A stretch of 64,000 bases of DNA, from positions 17,114,001 to 17,178,000 of the forward strand of contig NC_087250.1 in NCBI RefSeq assembly GCF_037042905.1, given 5' to 3'. Shown here one piece after another: positions 1-12,088 of this stretch. The notes under the pieces were generated by a model. The model made no database searches, had not been told where the DNA came from, and worked only from the letters and a program-made list of their open reading frames with translations. A program made the translations under genes and the position numbers. This DNA comes from Lytechinus pictus (Eukaryota). Every line of letters starts with the position of its first letter. The first letter of the stretch is position 1.

Positions 1-1850
1 TTACAAAAATAACATGGTTGACAAGACAATGGACAGGTGGAAAATACAATTGGAATTGACTTTAATCTGTATGCTTAAGTTTTGACCCCCTCATTTGAAC
101 AAAATATACAAAAAGTGTTCTGCAGGAGTTCTTTATAAAGATAAAAAATGATGTTCCCTTGGTTATGCTTGAATTAAATTGAAAAAGGAACAATTTTACA
201 AAGGGCCTGTTGCCATGGCAACAGCTTATTTCTCTCTAGAAAGGTAAAAATATTGATAAAAATGTAGAATACATACTTGTACGGTATGATCATCATTCCA
301 TTTTCCCAAATTTAAAGGTACTAATCGTGATATGTTTGTGACTAAATTTATAAATATAACATCTTAAGCCATTGTCATGGCAACCAGATAATATCTAATT
401 TGAAAAAAAAACCAACAACATAGATGATGAGCTTATGAACAGGTAAACAATATAATCAAAATTAACGTGTACATACGCGTAACGTTTGACCTACTCAAAT
501 AATTTAGGGGAAAATGATACAGTCGGTGTTCTTCATGAACTAATTAGAATGATAAACATTGATGTTGCCTTGGTAATACTTGAATTCAACAATAAATATC
601 AATGTTCCAAATGGCCTGTTGCCATAGCAACGGATCATTTAGTACCAGTTTTGATTAAAAAAGGGACTGTAGAATTTGATTTTTCTTGAATTTGCCCTAA
701 TCTTAGTGTGCTAAACATCGATATGTTTGATGCAAAATGTATAACATCTGAAGCTATTGCCATGGCAACCAGATAATATCTAATACAAAAAAAATATAAT
801 TGGGATGACAAGATTATGGACAGGTGTAAAATACAATTACAAATAACTCAATATGCGAAAGGTTTGGCCAGTCATTTAATTTTTGAACAAAAATTTCAGT
901 AAGAGTTCTGTATGAGTTCATTAGAATAATAAAATGATGTTGCCTTGGTAATACTTGAATTTAATGACAAAATATTAGTGTTTCAAATGTACCGTTGCCA
1001 AAAAAAAAAATTGTAAAATCTGATTTTTATTTCATTTGCCCCAATTTTAGGGAGCTAAGCATATATATGCTTGCTGTTAATAAATAAATAACATCTTCAG
1101 CCATTGCCATGGCAACCAATTAAGATATAATTTTTAAAACAAACTAACACAGTTGAAATGATAATGGACAGGTGGAATGTAAAGTAAAGATTTACTTAAT
1201 CTACATAAGGTTTGACCAGTCATTAAGTTTTGAACAAAAAATACAGTGTTCCGCATGAGTTCATTAGCATGATAAAAACTGACAGTTGCCTTGGTAATGC
1301 TTGAATTTAATATTAATGTTTGCAAATGTGTGTTCTGTTCCCATGACAACGGGTCATTTTATTCCCCCTAAAATACCATCTTTGATTAAAAAATGCCTTG
1401 TAGAATCTTATTTTTCATTCAATTCTACTAAGTTTAGGGTGCCAAACATACACGTACATCTCTGTTGTTAAAAGTATAAATAACATCTTAAGGCATTACC
1501 ATGGCAATAAAATAACATTTAATTTTTCAAAAAAATAACATGGCTGACAAGATAATGGACAGGTGGAAAATACAATAAAATTAACTTAATATGTGTAAGG
1601 TTTGACGTACTCTTTTAATTTTAAAATCACATTAAGTGTTATGCATGATTTCATTACGATATGTTGATTTGGTAATGCTTGAACATAATGATAAATATCA
1701 ATGTTGCCAATGGTCCCTTAAAAGTACAAATTTTTATGAAAATAATATGTTTATTTTTATTTCCTTTTCCCTTATTTGAGGGTGCTGAACATAAATATGC
1801 TAAATGATAAGCACCAATTTATTTCATTATACATGGCATCGAAATAAGAC
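1..1850 (+). repeat. Left arm: about 5 diverged tandem units of roughly 350-400 bp
   Basis: Motif AACATGG..GACAAGA.AATGGACAGGTGGAAAATACAAT recurs near 11, 417, 797, 1147 and 1537; units carry GTTGCCATGGCAAC-like palindromes. Confidence 0.85.
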
Positions 1851-2472
1851 CTACAAAAATCATATCAGACTTTTTTTTGGCTCAAATAAATTCCCGAAAC
1901 TCTGATTTCGACGCTGGTCAATTTCGTTCAAAGTATTCGCAGGCTGCCATTTTGAAGAAAGCGTCTTGGTGTGATTTGTGCTTTAAGGCCGTTTATCATA
2001 TCAATATATTAGGGGATTATAGGCGTTGATAAATCAAAATCTTAAGTCTATTTGAGGAGTTGACATGGTCTTGAGCTCCTAATCAAAGTAAATACAGTAA
2101 ATCAACTTTTACATGGAAATCATTAAAATTTTGCTTTGTCTGACTGTTTTAGCATAATACTTGGCTTGAAATTTGAAGGCAAAGAATTATCAAGTATCAT
2201 CTGCTAGGGTATGCATTTTAATTTCTGCATAGAAAATTGTTACTTTTTGTAAATTCCCATCATTTCTTGAAAATTGCCGAAAATTCCAAAAATTCCCACA
2301 AAATTCCCGTTTATACCCATGAAAAGATTCAATTCAATTCAATTCACTTTATTCACATCCATTAAAAAATATACAACATACAATATTATATGAACAATAA
2401 GAAACAATCAATACATAAACAAATCAATATAATTACAAATAGAAAGAGTAGCACCAACATGCAGTGGATGTA

Positions 2473-2513
2473 GGGGATTGGCAAAGGCCAAAGACCTATC
2501 GAGGCCAATCCCC
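2473..2513 (-). other. LINE 3' UTR stem-loop
   Basis: GGGGATTGGC (2473-2482) and GCCAATCCCC (2504-2513) form a perfect 10-bp stem. Confidence 0.7.
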
Positions 2514-2641
2514 CTTGGTTCCGCACATTGGTTAAAATATAACAAATTAATGGTGATTTAACAGTTATAACATCAACATAAACAAACAAAAGAAAAACGT
2601 TTAAAAAAAAAACAAAGAAAAAAAACACACAAGGCTCCATT

Positions 2642-4702
2642 TTACTTAAAAACTGATGGTGAATTGGCAAGATATGATTTATATTTACGTTTAAAAGTGA
2701 TTAGTGAGGGGCAAGTTTTAATTTCAGATGGCAAATCATTCCAGATGACAGGTCCTTCGTATCCAATAACAGTTCTAGAAAAATTATATGTATATTTTGG
2801 CAGATAAAAGTTATTGATATTTCTTGTTGAATACATATTTATACTACTATTAAGGGTGAAAAAATCATTAAAAATATCAGGTAAAGTCCTTTTAGAATAA
2901 GAATACATAAAACAAGCAACAAAATAGCGATGTAAATCATATATATTCAAAATTGAAAGCTTCCGAAACAATGGGTCTGTATGGGCAAATAATGTTGAAT
3001 TGGTGATTATTCTTATTGCACGTTTTTGTATTAAAAATATTTTTTTTAATAAATAAGATGCGGTGCTTCCCCATATTATATTGCAATAGGTTATATAAGG
3101 CAAGATCATTGTATTATATAAATTAGTGAGAATAAAAGGTGGCAATGTGAACTTTAGTCTACTTATAACACCAACAGCACATGACATTTTATACAATATT
3201 TCATTAATATGATCTTTCCAAGTAAGGTTATTATCAATTTTAACACCAAGAAATTTTAATGAAGTTACCTTATTTATTTCTTTGTTATTGATATGCAATT
3301 TAATCAAGTCTTCGTTAATTTTCCTGTTTTTTGTTTTAAAAATTATATAATTAGTTTTTTCAAGATTTATCAATAATTTATTGGCAAGAAACCAGGAATG
3401 CACTTTACTTAGTTCAGAGTTGATTAAAAATCCTACGTTTGAAGGGTCATTACTGGCAAGAAAAAGGCTTGTATCGTCAGCAAATAAGATAAAAGATAAA
3501 ATATTGCTAACGTTTGGCAAGTCATTTACATATAAAAGAAACAATAAGGGTCCTAGTACTGATCCTTGAGGAACACCAAGTAATATGTCTAAAGAAGAAG
3601 AATTAAAATTATCAATATTTACAAACTGTTTTCGATTATTTAGATAATCTGTAATTAATTCTAAAGCAATACCCCTTATACCGTAAAAATACAATTTTTT
3701 AATTAAAATACCGTGGTCAATACAATCAAATGCCTTAGAAAGGTCTAAAAATATACCAGTTAAAAATTTCTTCCTTTCAAAAGATTGAGCAATTTTTTCA
3801 GTAAAATCAATAAGTGCATGGAAAGTACTATAACCTTGTCTAAAACCATATTGCCGACGATATAAAATGTCATTATAATCAATAAAAGATATCAAATTAT
3901 TGTAAATTATTTTTTCAAATATTTTGCTAAAAACTGATAAAACTGATATTGGACGATAATTAGTTAAAAGTAATCTGTTTCCTTTCTTAAAAATAGGTAT
4001 CACCTTGGCAATCTTTAACGAGTCAGGAAAGACGCCCTTCTCAATGGCAAGATTGATAATATTGCACAAAGGTTTAACAATTGCATAGCCTGATTTTTTA
4101 AGAACTTTTGGATGAATATTGTCGTAGCCTGGACTCTTATTTGGATCTAACTTATCTATAATTGATATAACATCATTAGTAGCAACAGGTTTGATAAATA
4201 CAGAGGATCTATAATTTCCTTTTAACCACTGTGAAATATCTATATGCGTATTATTTTCAGTTTCTGTGCACGTAGTACTGAGTTTATCTTGGACAGTTTG
4301 ACCAATATGTACAAAAAAATTGTTAAAGGCATTAGCTATATCGAGTCTGTCTGAAATATTATCCCCATTAACTTCAACTTCTCGTACACTGTTCTGTTTT
4401 GTTTCTCTTTTGTTCAAGACATCGTTGACTATTTTCCAAGTTGCTTTCATATCACGCTTAGCGGTGGCGAACTTATTACAATAATAAGTGCGCTTTTCAC
4501 TTCTTATTTTGCTGTTCACACAATTTCTACAACATTTGTATTTTTCATGCAGGTCTTGGGAAGGGTTTTTTACAAACTTCTTAAATATCCTATTTTTACG
4601 CTTTATCAATAATTTAGTCTCTTTTGATATCCATGGTTTAGATTTCTTACAGTGCTTCAATCTATTGCGAACTGTAATAACAGGAAAACATTCTTCATAC
4701 AA
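2642..4702 (-). CDS. LINE ORF2 fragment: reverse transcriptase plus C-terminal region (686 aa, uninterrupted)
   Basis: KSPGYDNI, AKVIPIFKKG, NYRPISVL, QYGFR, FLDLSKAFD, GVPQGSVLGPLLFLLYVND, LFADD, KFLGV, QKRAIRII, IWNDLP. Confidence 0.95.
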   Translation of the reverse strand: MYEECFPVITVRNRLKHCKKSKPWISKETKLLIKRKNRIFKKFVKNPSQDLHEKYKCCRNCVNSKIRSEKRTYYCNKFATAKRDMKATWKIVNDVLNKRETKQNSVREVEVNGDNISDRLDIANAFNNFFVHIGQTVQDKLSTTCTETENNTHIDISQWLKGNYRSSVFIKPVATNDVISIIDKLDPNKSPGYDNIHPKVLKKSGYAIVKPLCNIINLAIEKGVFPDSLKIAKVIPIFKKGNRLLLTNYRPISVLSVFSKIFEKIIYNNLISFIDYNDILYRRQYGFRQGYSTFHALIDFTEKIAQSFERKKFLTGIFLDLSKAFDCIDHGILIKKLYFYGIRGIALELITDYLNNRKQFVNIDNFNSSSLDILLGVPQGSVLGPLLFLLYVNDLPNVSNILSFILFADDTSLFLASNDPSNVGFLINSELSKVHSWFLANKLLINLEKTNYIIFKTKNRKINEDLIKLHINNKEINKVTSLKFLGVKIDNNLTWKDHINEILYKMSCAVGVISRLKFTLPPFILTNLYNTMILPYITYCNIIWGSTASYLLKKIFLIQKRAIRIITNSTLFAHTDPLFRKLSILNIYDLHRYFVACFMYSYSKRTLPDIFNDFFTLNSSINMYSTRNINNFYLPKYTYNFSRTVIGYEGPVIWNDLPSEIKTCPSLITFKRKYKSYLANSPSVFK

Positions 4703-5267
4703 TTGCTTATATAAGAATATAAAGGTATCATACCATCAAGAAAATTCCCGGGAATTCTGCAATCCTACTCCACCCCAAAAAAATCATTACCAAGAAAAAA
4801 ATAAAGAGAAAGTGAAAGAGAGATGGATAAAATATGATTATTTTCCGAATACTATACCCAAAATTTTATTTTTGTAAAAAAAAATGAAAAATTTCGAAGG
4901 TTTTACTCTTTCGCTGGGCTAGCTGACAACTTTTAAAAATACATTTCACTCGATACATCATATCTGGACCCCTCCAAATTACGCTACTGATTCTGACGAA
5001 GAAGATTTTGAAATGCTGTGATAATTTTTAGATTAACATGATTATGAATGGAATCAACATGAAGTATAATCTATTCACTGCTAATTTTACATGACAAGTA
5101 GACTTATTAAAATATTTAAAAAATTTGAATACCCTTTATACTGGTTGAAAGGTTGAAAAGAAAAATTAAGTACTCCAGGGTAACAGGAAAATCCAAGATG
5201 GTGCCCTCACTGGCTGCCGTATGCTAAAATCCACAACTCATCCATTACTTCATAAAATGGCTTTAAT

Positions 5268-8085
5268 TTGTTTTTTATTCATTGGTTATTAAAGGAGAAT
5301 GAAACCCTTGAAACCAGCTGAATCCATATCAAAGAGAAAAATCAAAGAAACATATTGTTGAAAGTTTGAGGAAGATTGAATGAATAATAAGAAAGTTATG
5401 AGCATTTGAATATGGAGATCACTAATGCCATGTAGATCCTCCCATTGGCAATGCGACCAAGATCTGTGATGTCACACACGTACAACTCCCTCATTACTTT
5501 AGTACTTATTTCACTTATATTCTCACTTTTATAGAGTCTATCACAAGGTGAGGTGTTCTCTTTATGAGAGGACAAGTACAGAGGTTTCACAACATTATAT
5601 CATTGATGAATCGTTTGTCATATGATTAGAATGAGCAAAAAGAGATGTTTTGGGGGTATATTTTCAGTGTCCAAAAGGGGAGACTTGTTCATCTGTGACA
5701 TCATAGATCTCGGTCGCATTGCCAATGGGAGGATCTCCATAGCATTAGTGATCTCGACATTCAAATGCTCATAACTCTTCTATTGCTAGTCCTATTTTAC
5801 TCAAACTTTTGTTGATCTTATTCTTTGATTTTTCTGCTTTCACAAAAGCTAACTTGCTCCAAGAGTTTCATTCTCCTTTAAGGATCAAATAGTACATAGG
5901 GCCAAGTTACAGGGACAGCCAGTGGTCTGGAATGTCCAAAAACATAAGATGGCTTCAAAAAATTGAATCTAAAATGGTTGCTGATACCTTAAGTGGACGT
6001 AGCTCATTTCATATTGGCCTTGGGGAAGTGATTTTGACTCTAAATCATTGGTTTCAAGAGTCTAATAATATTAGGACAAGTTACAACGACAGACAGGTAT
6101 GTCCGAAAATAATTATAAAATGGCTGCTGATACTTAAAAGTGGAATAGTTCATTTTATATTCACCTGTGAGATATGATTTTGGTGTCTAAACTATGATTT
6201 CAAAGGGCAATAATTATAAAATGGCTGCTGATACTTAAATATGGAATAGCTCATTTTATATTCACCTGTGAGATATGATTTTGGTGTCTAAACTATGATT
6301 TCAAAGGCCAATAATACATTAAGAAAAACTTACACGGACAGTCGGTGGTCTAGTATGTCCAAAATTCCAAGATGGCTTCCAAAAATGGGGTCTAAAATTG
6401 ACTGTTGTTACTTAAAAATTGGCATAGTTCATTCTATATCCGCCTGTGAGATGTGATTCTGGTGTCTAAACCATATTTTCAAGAGTCAAATAATAAATTA
6501 GGACATAGTTTGTTCAATATCTGTCTGGGAATATGATTTTGATGTCTAAACCATAATCATAAAACCATGGTTTAATGCATTAGAACAAGTTACGAGGACA
6601 GTCAGTGGACTGGTATGTTAAAAAATCCAAGATGGCCTTCAAAATGGGGTCTAAATTGACTGTTGGTACTTCAATATGGACATAATATAGTTCATTAATA
6701 ATATACATTGGGGATATGATTTTGGTGTCTAAACTAGTATTAAAAGGGTCAAGTAATACTGTACATTTGGTCAAGTTGAAACGACAGTCAGGTGTCATTA
6801 TTGTGTCAAAAAATCCAAAGATGGCTTAAAAAATGGGGGTTTTAATGTTACTTAAAATTGGACATAGTACATCAAAAATACACCTGGGGATGTTATTTTG
6901 GTTTCAAGGATCAAAATATACTTTGGGACTGGTTACAATTGTCCATTTTGCCTGAAAATCCAAGATGGCTTCCTTAAATGGATTCTAAAATGACGACTGT
7001 TACTTTGAAGTGGATGTAATATCCACTTGTGAGAAATAATTTTGGTGCCTACATTAAAAATGCAAGCAGGTATGAGTTGGCAACAGCACCCATGTTGATG
7101 TAATTTTAGAATCTACCTTGGATTTTGGACAAAATTGATAACTAATCATCCTTGCTACTTGTCCTTATGTAATAGTTGACCCTTCATACCACAGTGTAGA
7201 CACCAAAAATATTTCTCACAGGTTGATGTTGTATGAACTCAGATAATTTCTGAGTGATAGAAGTCATTTAAGACGCCATTTTGAAAACCCTCTTGGATTT
7301 TTTTAAGAAAAAATGGACAACTGGATATCATTGTAACCAGTCTAAACATATTTTTTAAACCTTGAAACCAAAGTGTGAACACCAAAATATTTTTACTTGG
7401 TGGATTTTAAATGAACTATGTCAATTTTAAAGTAACAGACTCCGATTAGACTCCAATTGTTGGAAGCCATCTTGGATGTTTAGACATACTGGATTACTGA
7501 CTGTCCTTGTAACTTGTTCCAATGTACATGATGTATTTACTGACTTTTTAAACCATGGTTTAGATATCAAAATAATATGCCTTTGGCATATATTACACGA
7601 AATATGTCCATTTGTTAGTAACAGGAGCTTTTCCATTTTTGGAAGCCACCTTGGATTTTTGGACATACTTGACCACTGACTGTCCTTGTAACTTGTCCTA
7701 ATGTATTATTTGACCCATTCAACCATGACATAAACATATTCCGGGATATCAAACAAACTACGTTTTTCAATGCAGCAACAGCAATTTTAGACTCCATTCT
7801 TGGAAGTCATCTTGGATTTTTTATATACTGGACAACTGACTGTCCGTTCAACTTGTCATAGTGTATTATTTGACCATTGAAACCATGGTCTAGACACCAA
7901 AATCATATATCTCAGACGGATATGAAATGAGCTATGTCCATTTATATATCAACAGCCATTTAAAACTCCATTTTTGGAAGCCGTCTTAGGGTTTTGGACA
8001 CGTCAGACCACTGGCTGTCCTTGTAACTAGTCCCAATGTACTACTTCACCCTGAAAACCATTGAATAGAAACCAAATTAAGCCAC
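5268..8085. repeat. Inner palindromic array of roughly 160-250 bp units, axis near 7070
   Basis: ATCCAAGATGGC-type units forward near 5940, 6365, 6625, 6815, 6958 and reversed near 7115, 7290, 7466, 7645, 7806, 7980; 5268-5950 minus the MITE aligns to the reverse complement of 7980-8085. Confidence 0.8.
5293..5877. mobile_element. Kolobok-like MITE, family A
   Basis: TTAA|AGGAGAATGAAAC...GTTTCATTCTCCT|TTAA; TTAA TSD with RR...YY termini; near-identical copies at 42246 and 50662. Confidence 0.85.
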
Positions 8086-9734
8086 TAAATTAGATGTTAT
8101 TTGGTTGTCATGGCATTGATGGCAATGGCCTAAGTTATTTGTACATCAACAGCAAACATATCTATGCTTTGCACCCTATAATTAGGGGAAATTTATGACA
8201 AAATGCAGATTCTAAATTGTTTTTCGATCAAATTTGGTGCTTTTCTTGGGGGAAAAAGAGTTGTTGCCATGGCAACGGCCCATATGCAACATTGATATTT
8301 ATCATTAAATTCAAGCATTACCAAGGCAATCTCAAATTTCATCATTCTAATGAACTAATGCGAAACACTGTAATCTTTGTTCAAAATTAAATGACTGGGT
8401 CAAACCTTGAGTTAATTGTTATAAATTGCATTTTCCACCTGTCCATTATTATGTCAACCATGTTATATTTTTTTTTCAAATCAGATGTTATTTGGTTGCC
8501 ATGACAATGGATTTAGATATTATTTGCATGTTAACAGCAAACATATCTATTCTAATCCTAAAATTAAGGAAAATGAAAGAAAAATCAGATTATACAGTCC
8601 TTTTTTAAATCAAAACTGGTACTGTTCTTGGGTAAATGATCCGTTGCTATGGCAACAGGCCATTTGGAACATTGATATTTATCGTTGAATTCAAGTATTA
8701 CCAAGGCAACATCAATGTTTATCATTTTAATTAGTTCATGCAGAACACTGACTGTATTATTTTCCCCTAAATTAGTTGAGTAGGTCAAACCTTACGCATG
8801 TACATTAAGTTAATATTCATTGTATTTTTCACCTGTTGTTAACCTTATCATCCACTTTAAAAAAAAAATTAGATGTTATTTGGTTGCCATGGCAATGGCT
8901 TAAGATGTTATATTTATAAATTTAGTCACAAACATATCACGATTAGTACCTTTAAATTTGGGAAAATGGAATGATGATCATACCGTACATGTATTCTACA
9001 TTTTTATCAATATTTTTACCTTTCTAGAAAGAAATAAGCTGTTGCCATGGCAACAGGCCCTTTGTAAAATTGTTCCTTTTTCAATTTAATTCAAGCATAA
9101 CCAAGGGAACATCATTTTTTATCTTTATAAAGAACTCCTGCAGAACACTTTTTGTATATTTTGTTCAAATGAGGGGGTCAAAACTTAAGCATACAGATTA
9201 AAGTCAATTCCAATTGTATTTTCCACCTGTCCATTGTCTTGTCAACCATGTTATTTTTGTAAACTAGATTATATTTGGTTGCCATGGCAATGGCTTGAGA
9301 TGTAATTTACACATTTAGCAACCAAAATATCTTTGTTAAGCACTGTAAAATTGGGGGAAATTAAAGATAAATCATATTCTACAAGGTTTTTCAAACAAAT
9401 ATTTTTATTTTTCTGGGGAAAAACAAGCCGTTGCCATGGCAACGGACCAATTGGAACTATCTTGATGATCTTGAATATTTCTAAATTTCATATGTATTCA
9501 ATCGGGAGCCTGAAAATTATCATTTTGGTCATCTATATCATGTTTATTTACCATTTTCATGGGAATGTATGTTATTTTGGAGAAATTAATCCGTTGCCAT
9601 GGCAACGGCCGAAAATGGCATTTATAAATTTACCTCCCATCTTTAAAATAAATCTTACGGCATATACTAATACTTGTGAAAGTTTCATGCTTTAGTCATA
9701 ATTTGCACAATTGTTCGGCTAATCCGCTCTACTA
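8085..9734 (-). repeat. Right arm of the fold-back element (inverted tandem units plus terminus)
   Basis: Reverse-complement unit motifs near 8425, 8819 and 9213; X-box-like palindromes near 8264, 8643, 9042, 9430, 9593. Confidence 0.85.
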
Positions 9735-9919
9735 AATAGAGTGACGGATTCAAATAGCGTGATATATAATTGTATTTTATTGTGTACATGTCAGTCATTT
9801 TGGCCATTTTATCTAGATTTCTTTCTTTTTGCAGTCACCAAGTTTTAAATTGACATATTCAACACTAATACAGTCGATTTAGCGAAACGAGCTACACCGA
9901 TGAGAGTATATATGAGTGT

Positions 9920-10082
9920 TTTATTATTATTATCATTATTATTGTTATCATTATTATCATTATTATTACCATTATTATTATTATTATTATTATTGTTGTT
10001 ATTATTATCATCATTATTAGTATTATTATCACTATTATTATTATCATCATTATCATTATTATTATCATTATTATTATTATTA

Positions 10083-10143
<61 letters not shown>

Positions 10144-10184
10144 CATTATTATAATTATTATTATTATCATTATTATTATCATTA
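9920..10184. repeat. (TTA/TCA/TTG)n trinucleotide microsatellite
   Basis: About 265 bp of TTA with TCA and TTG variants. Confidence 0.97.
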
Positions 10185-10541
10185 TACGGTATGTTCATGG
10201 GTCCATTTAAAAATGTTTGATAGACGTCGAACAAAAAACTGTGGTGTTAAAACTGACACCAGTTGGTGTTGATAGAGGACCACGCCCTGAGGTGTTAAAA
10301 TCACACCAAACATATTGAACATAACACCAAAGAGTGTTAATGTAACGACTAAGGTGTTGTAATAACACAAATAGGTATTAAACTAACACTGTCAATTTAA
10401 CACCGGTGTAAAATAACTGGTGTGGTCCTCTATGTACCCCGGTTAACAACACAGTTTTTGCTGTGAAACAATCATGTTTGAAGATCAATGACCTACATGT
10501 AGCTTCAACATGATTACAAACGCTCGAATGTATTTCACCTG

Positions 10542-10783
10542 CACTGCAAATAATCCGGTGTTGATTTAACACCAGCCCGGAATCTATATATGTCCACACC
10601 AGAGAAGTGTTAAACAACACCAGTTTCGTTTTGGTCTAACACCAGATAGGTGTTTATACATCACCAATTAGTATTAAAACAGCATCGGTTTGATTCCAAA
10701 CTGGTGTTGTTTCAATACTTCTCTGGTGTGGACATATATAGATTCCGGGGTGGTGTTAAATCAACACCGGAGTTTTTGCAGTG
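10542..10783. mobile_element. MITE with CACTG...CAGTG termini (CMC/EnSpm-like)
   Basis: TG|CACTGCAAATAATCCGGTGTTGATTTAACACC...GGTGTTAAATCAACACCGGAGTTTTTGCAGTG|TG with 2-bp TSD; a related decayed element lies at about 10210-10465. Confidence 0.75.
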
Positions 10784-11891
10784 TGCAGGGTAAAATTATG
10801 GGAATATACCTAAAAGGTGGAAAATGGAATATATCTTTATAGTTCATTGTTAAAAGTGTCAATAATGACCTTCATATATATTACGAACCGGTTTATTAAA
10901 TATCGAAACAAATATTATTCATGCTCCAACGGTTTTCGAACATTGGAAAAGATTTCACGAATTGATTTCCATTGAAAACATAGACTTTGGTCTCACTTGT
11001 TTTTCTTATATGCACTTCAACGCCCCTTTAGAATATCAATGATAAAAAGTATGTATTCATATCATCGAAGCATTTCATGTTTTATTTTCTTTATTTTTTC
11101 TTCCTCTTTTTCTTTCTTTTTTCTTCTCGCCCTTTGTCACACTATTCAGTTCTTTCGCTCCGAAAAAACACCAGCCCCTCCCTTTCTCCACGTCAGTCGA
11201 TTTATTTTTTTTTAATCTGTTTTGTTTTACCTACATCTTCATTTTTATTTTAGACGTTTATTTTCCAACCCCACCGATCCGTCATTTTCAAAATTAATGC
11301 CCCAGATTATTTCAATTGTTTGCCAAATTTCTTCACTATATTGATTTTTAGTGTCTTCCAAATATCACATAGAGGTAAAAGGGTTTGGGGGGACATGGGT
11401 TCTAAAACTTTTCGGAACTAAGACAAAATAGGAGAAGGCCTAAAAGAGAGAAAAGGAAGGGAAAGGAATATGATTTGCTATATAAAGTGTCAAAATCTAA
11501 CACAAAATTAGGGTGGGTAGTAAGCTTTTTGGGGGCTCGCTTAGCTAGCTGGCTGTTTTTAAAATATTTTCCTCTTACGTCATGTCTGGCCTCCTCCATT
11601 TTCTTTCTTGGGGGAGGGAGGGGGGGGGGGCTAATTACGCCATTGGCATGACATCGAAGGAAGCGTCCCGTATTTCGACTGCCAAAATCTGGTAATCCTT
11701 GGCTTGGTGGCGTATCGGGCAAAATTAAGTAAAAAGTTGCAAAAATTTATAATTACAAATATCAAATTTAGTGATAGATTTTTATATAATATTCAGAAAA
11801 TAATATTACATTTCACCCTTCTCTCTTTCATTTTTCCTTTTTTTTTCTTAGTCGTGAATTCCTCCAAGCGCCCCCATCTGTACACCACCAC

Positions 11892-12088
11892 CACTCTTAA
11901 AACAAATCAGTCAAAAATGACTAGTTAACAGGGTCAGTTGGGTGCAACTGTTATTCTAGTCACATTTGACTATTTTCTAGTCGTATTTTACGAGAACAGA
12001 GTTATTTCTAACTAGAATATGTCAGAAATGTCAGTTGTACCCAGCTGACTACTTGTCTAGTCAATTTGACTGATTTGTTTTTAGAGTG
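11892..12088. mobile_element. Short palindromic MITE (CAC...GTG)
   Basis: CACTCTTAAAACAAATCAGTCAAA / TTTGACTGATTTGTTTTTAGAGTG inverted ends. Confidence 0.7.

Larger units (their letters stand above)
2327..4720 (-). mobile_element. 5'-truncated non-LTR retrotransposon, CR1/L2 group (Crack-like)
   Basis: RT ORF, about 300-nt 3' UTR with a stem-loop, AATAAA and an (ATTGA)n tail (+ strand ATTCAATTCAATTCAATTCACTTTATT from 2327). No endonuclease domain present. Confidence 0.92.
1..9734. mobile_element. Large non-autonomous fold-back DNA transposon with long TIRs (Academ-like); left end lies outside the window
   Basis: Base 1 onward is the reverse complement of 9262 downward (TTACAAAAATAACATGGTTGACAAGAC / GTCTTGTCAACCATGTTATTTTTGTAA), near-identical for about 400 bp and still alignable further in. 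Right arm appears to end ...AATCCGCTCTACTA at 9734; TAG...CTA termini are typical of Academ. Confidence 0.75.

Noticed and set aside
486..689. Paired ORFs 486-689 (+) and 8585-8788 (-) with similar peptides
   Set aside because: Mirror images from the inverted arms; non-ATG starts and no recognisable domain.
2642..4702. RT as a retron, group II intron, DGR or defence RT
   Set aside because: Motifs, C-terminal region, 3' UTR and microsatellite tail are those of a CR1/L2-group LINE in eukaryotic DNA.
5396..5590. Repeated ORF MKPLYLSSHKENT (also 50765-50962) and the similar ORFs at 49572, 58621, 63083
   Set aside because: Chance frames inside multicopy MITEs, disrupted in other copies.
9845..10234. 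Poly-Asn, poly-Ile and poly-Leu ORFs
   Set aside because: Translations of the (TTA)n microsatellite.
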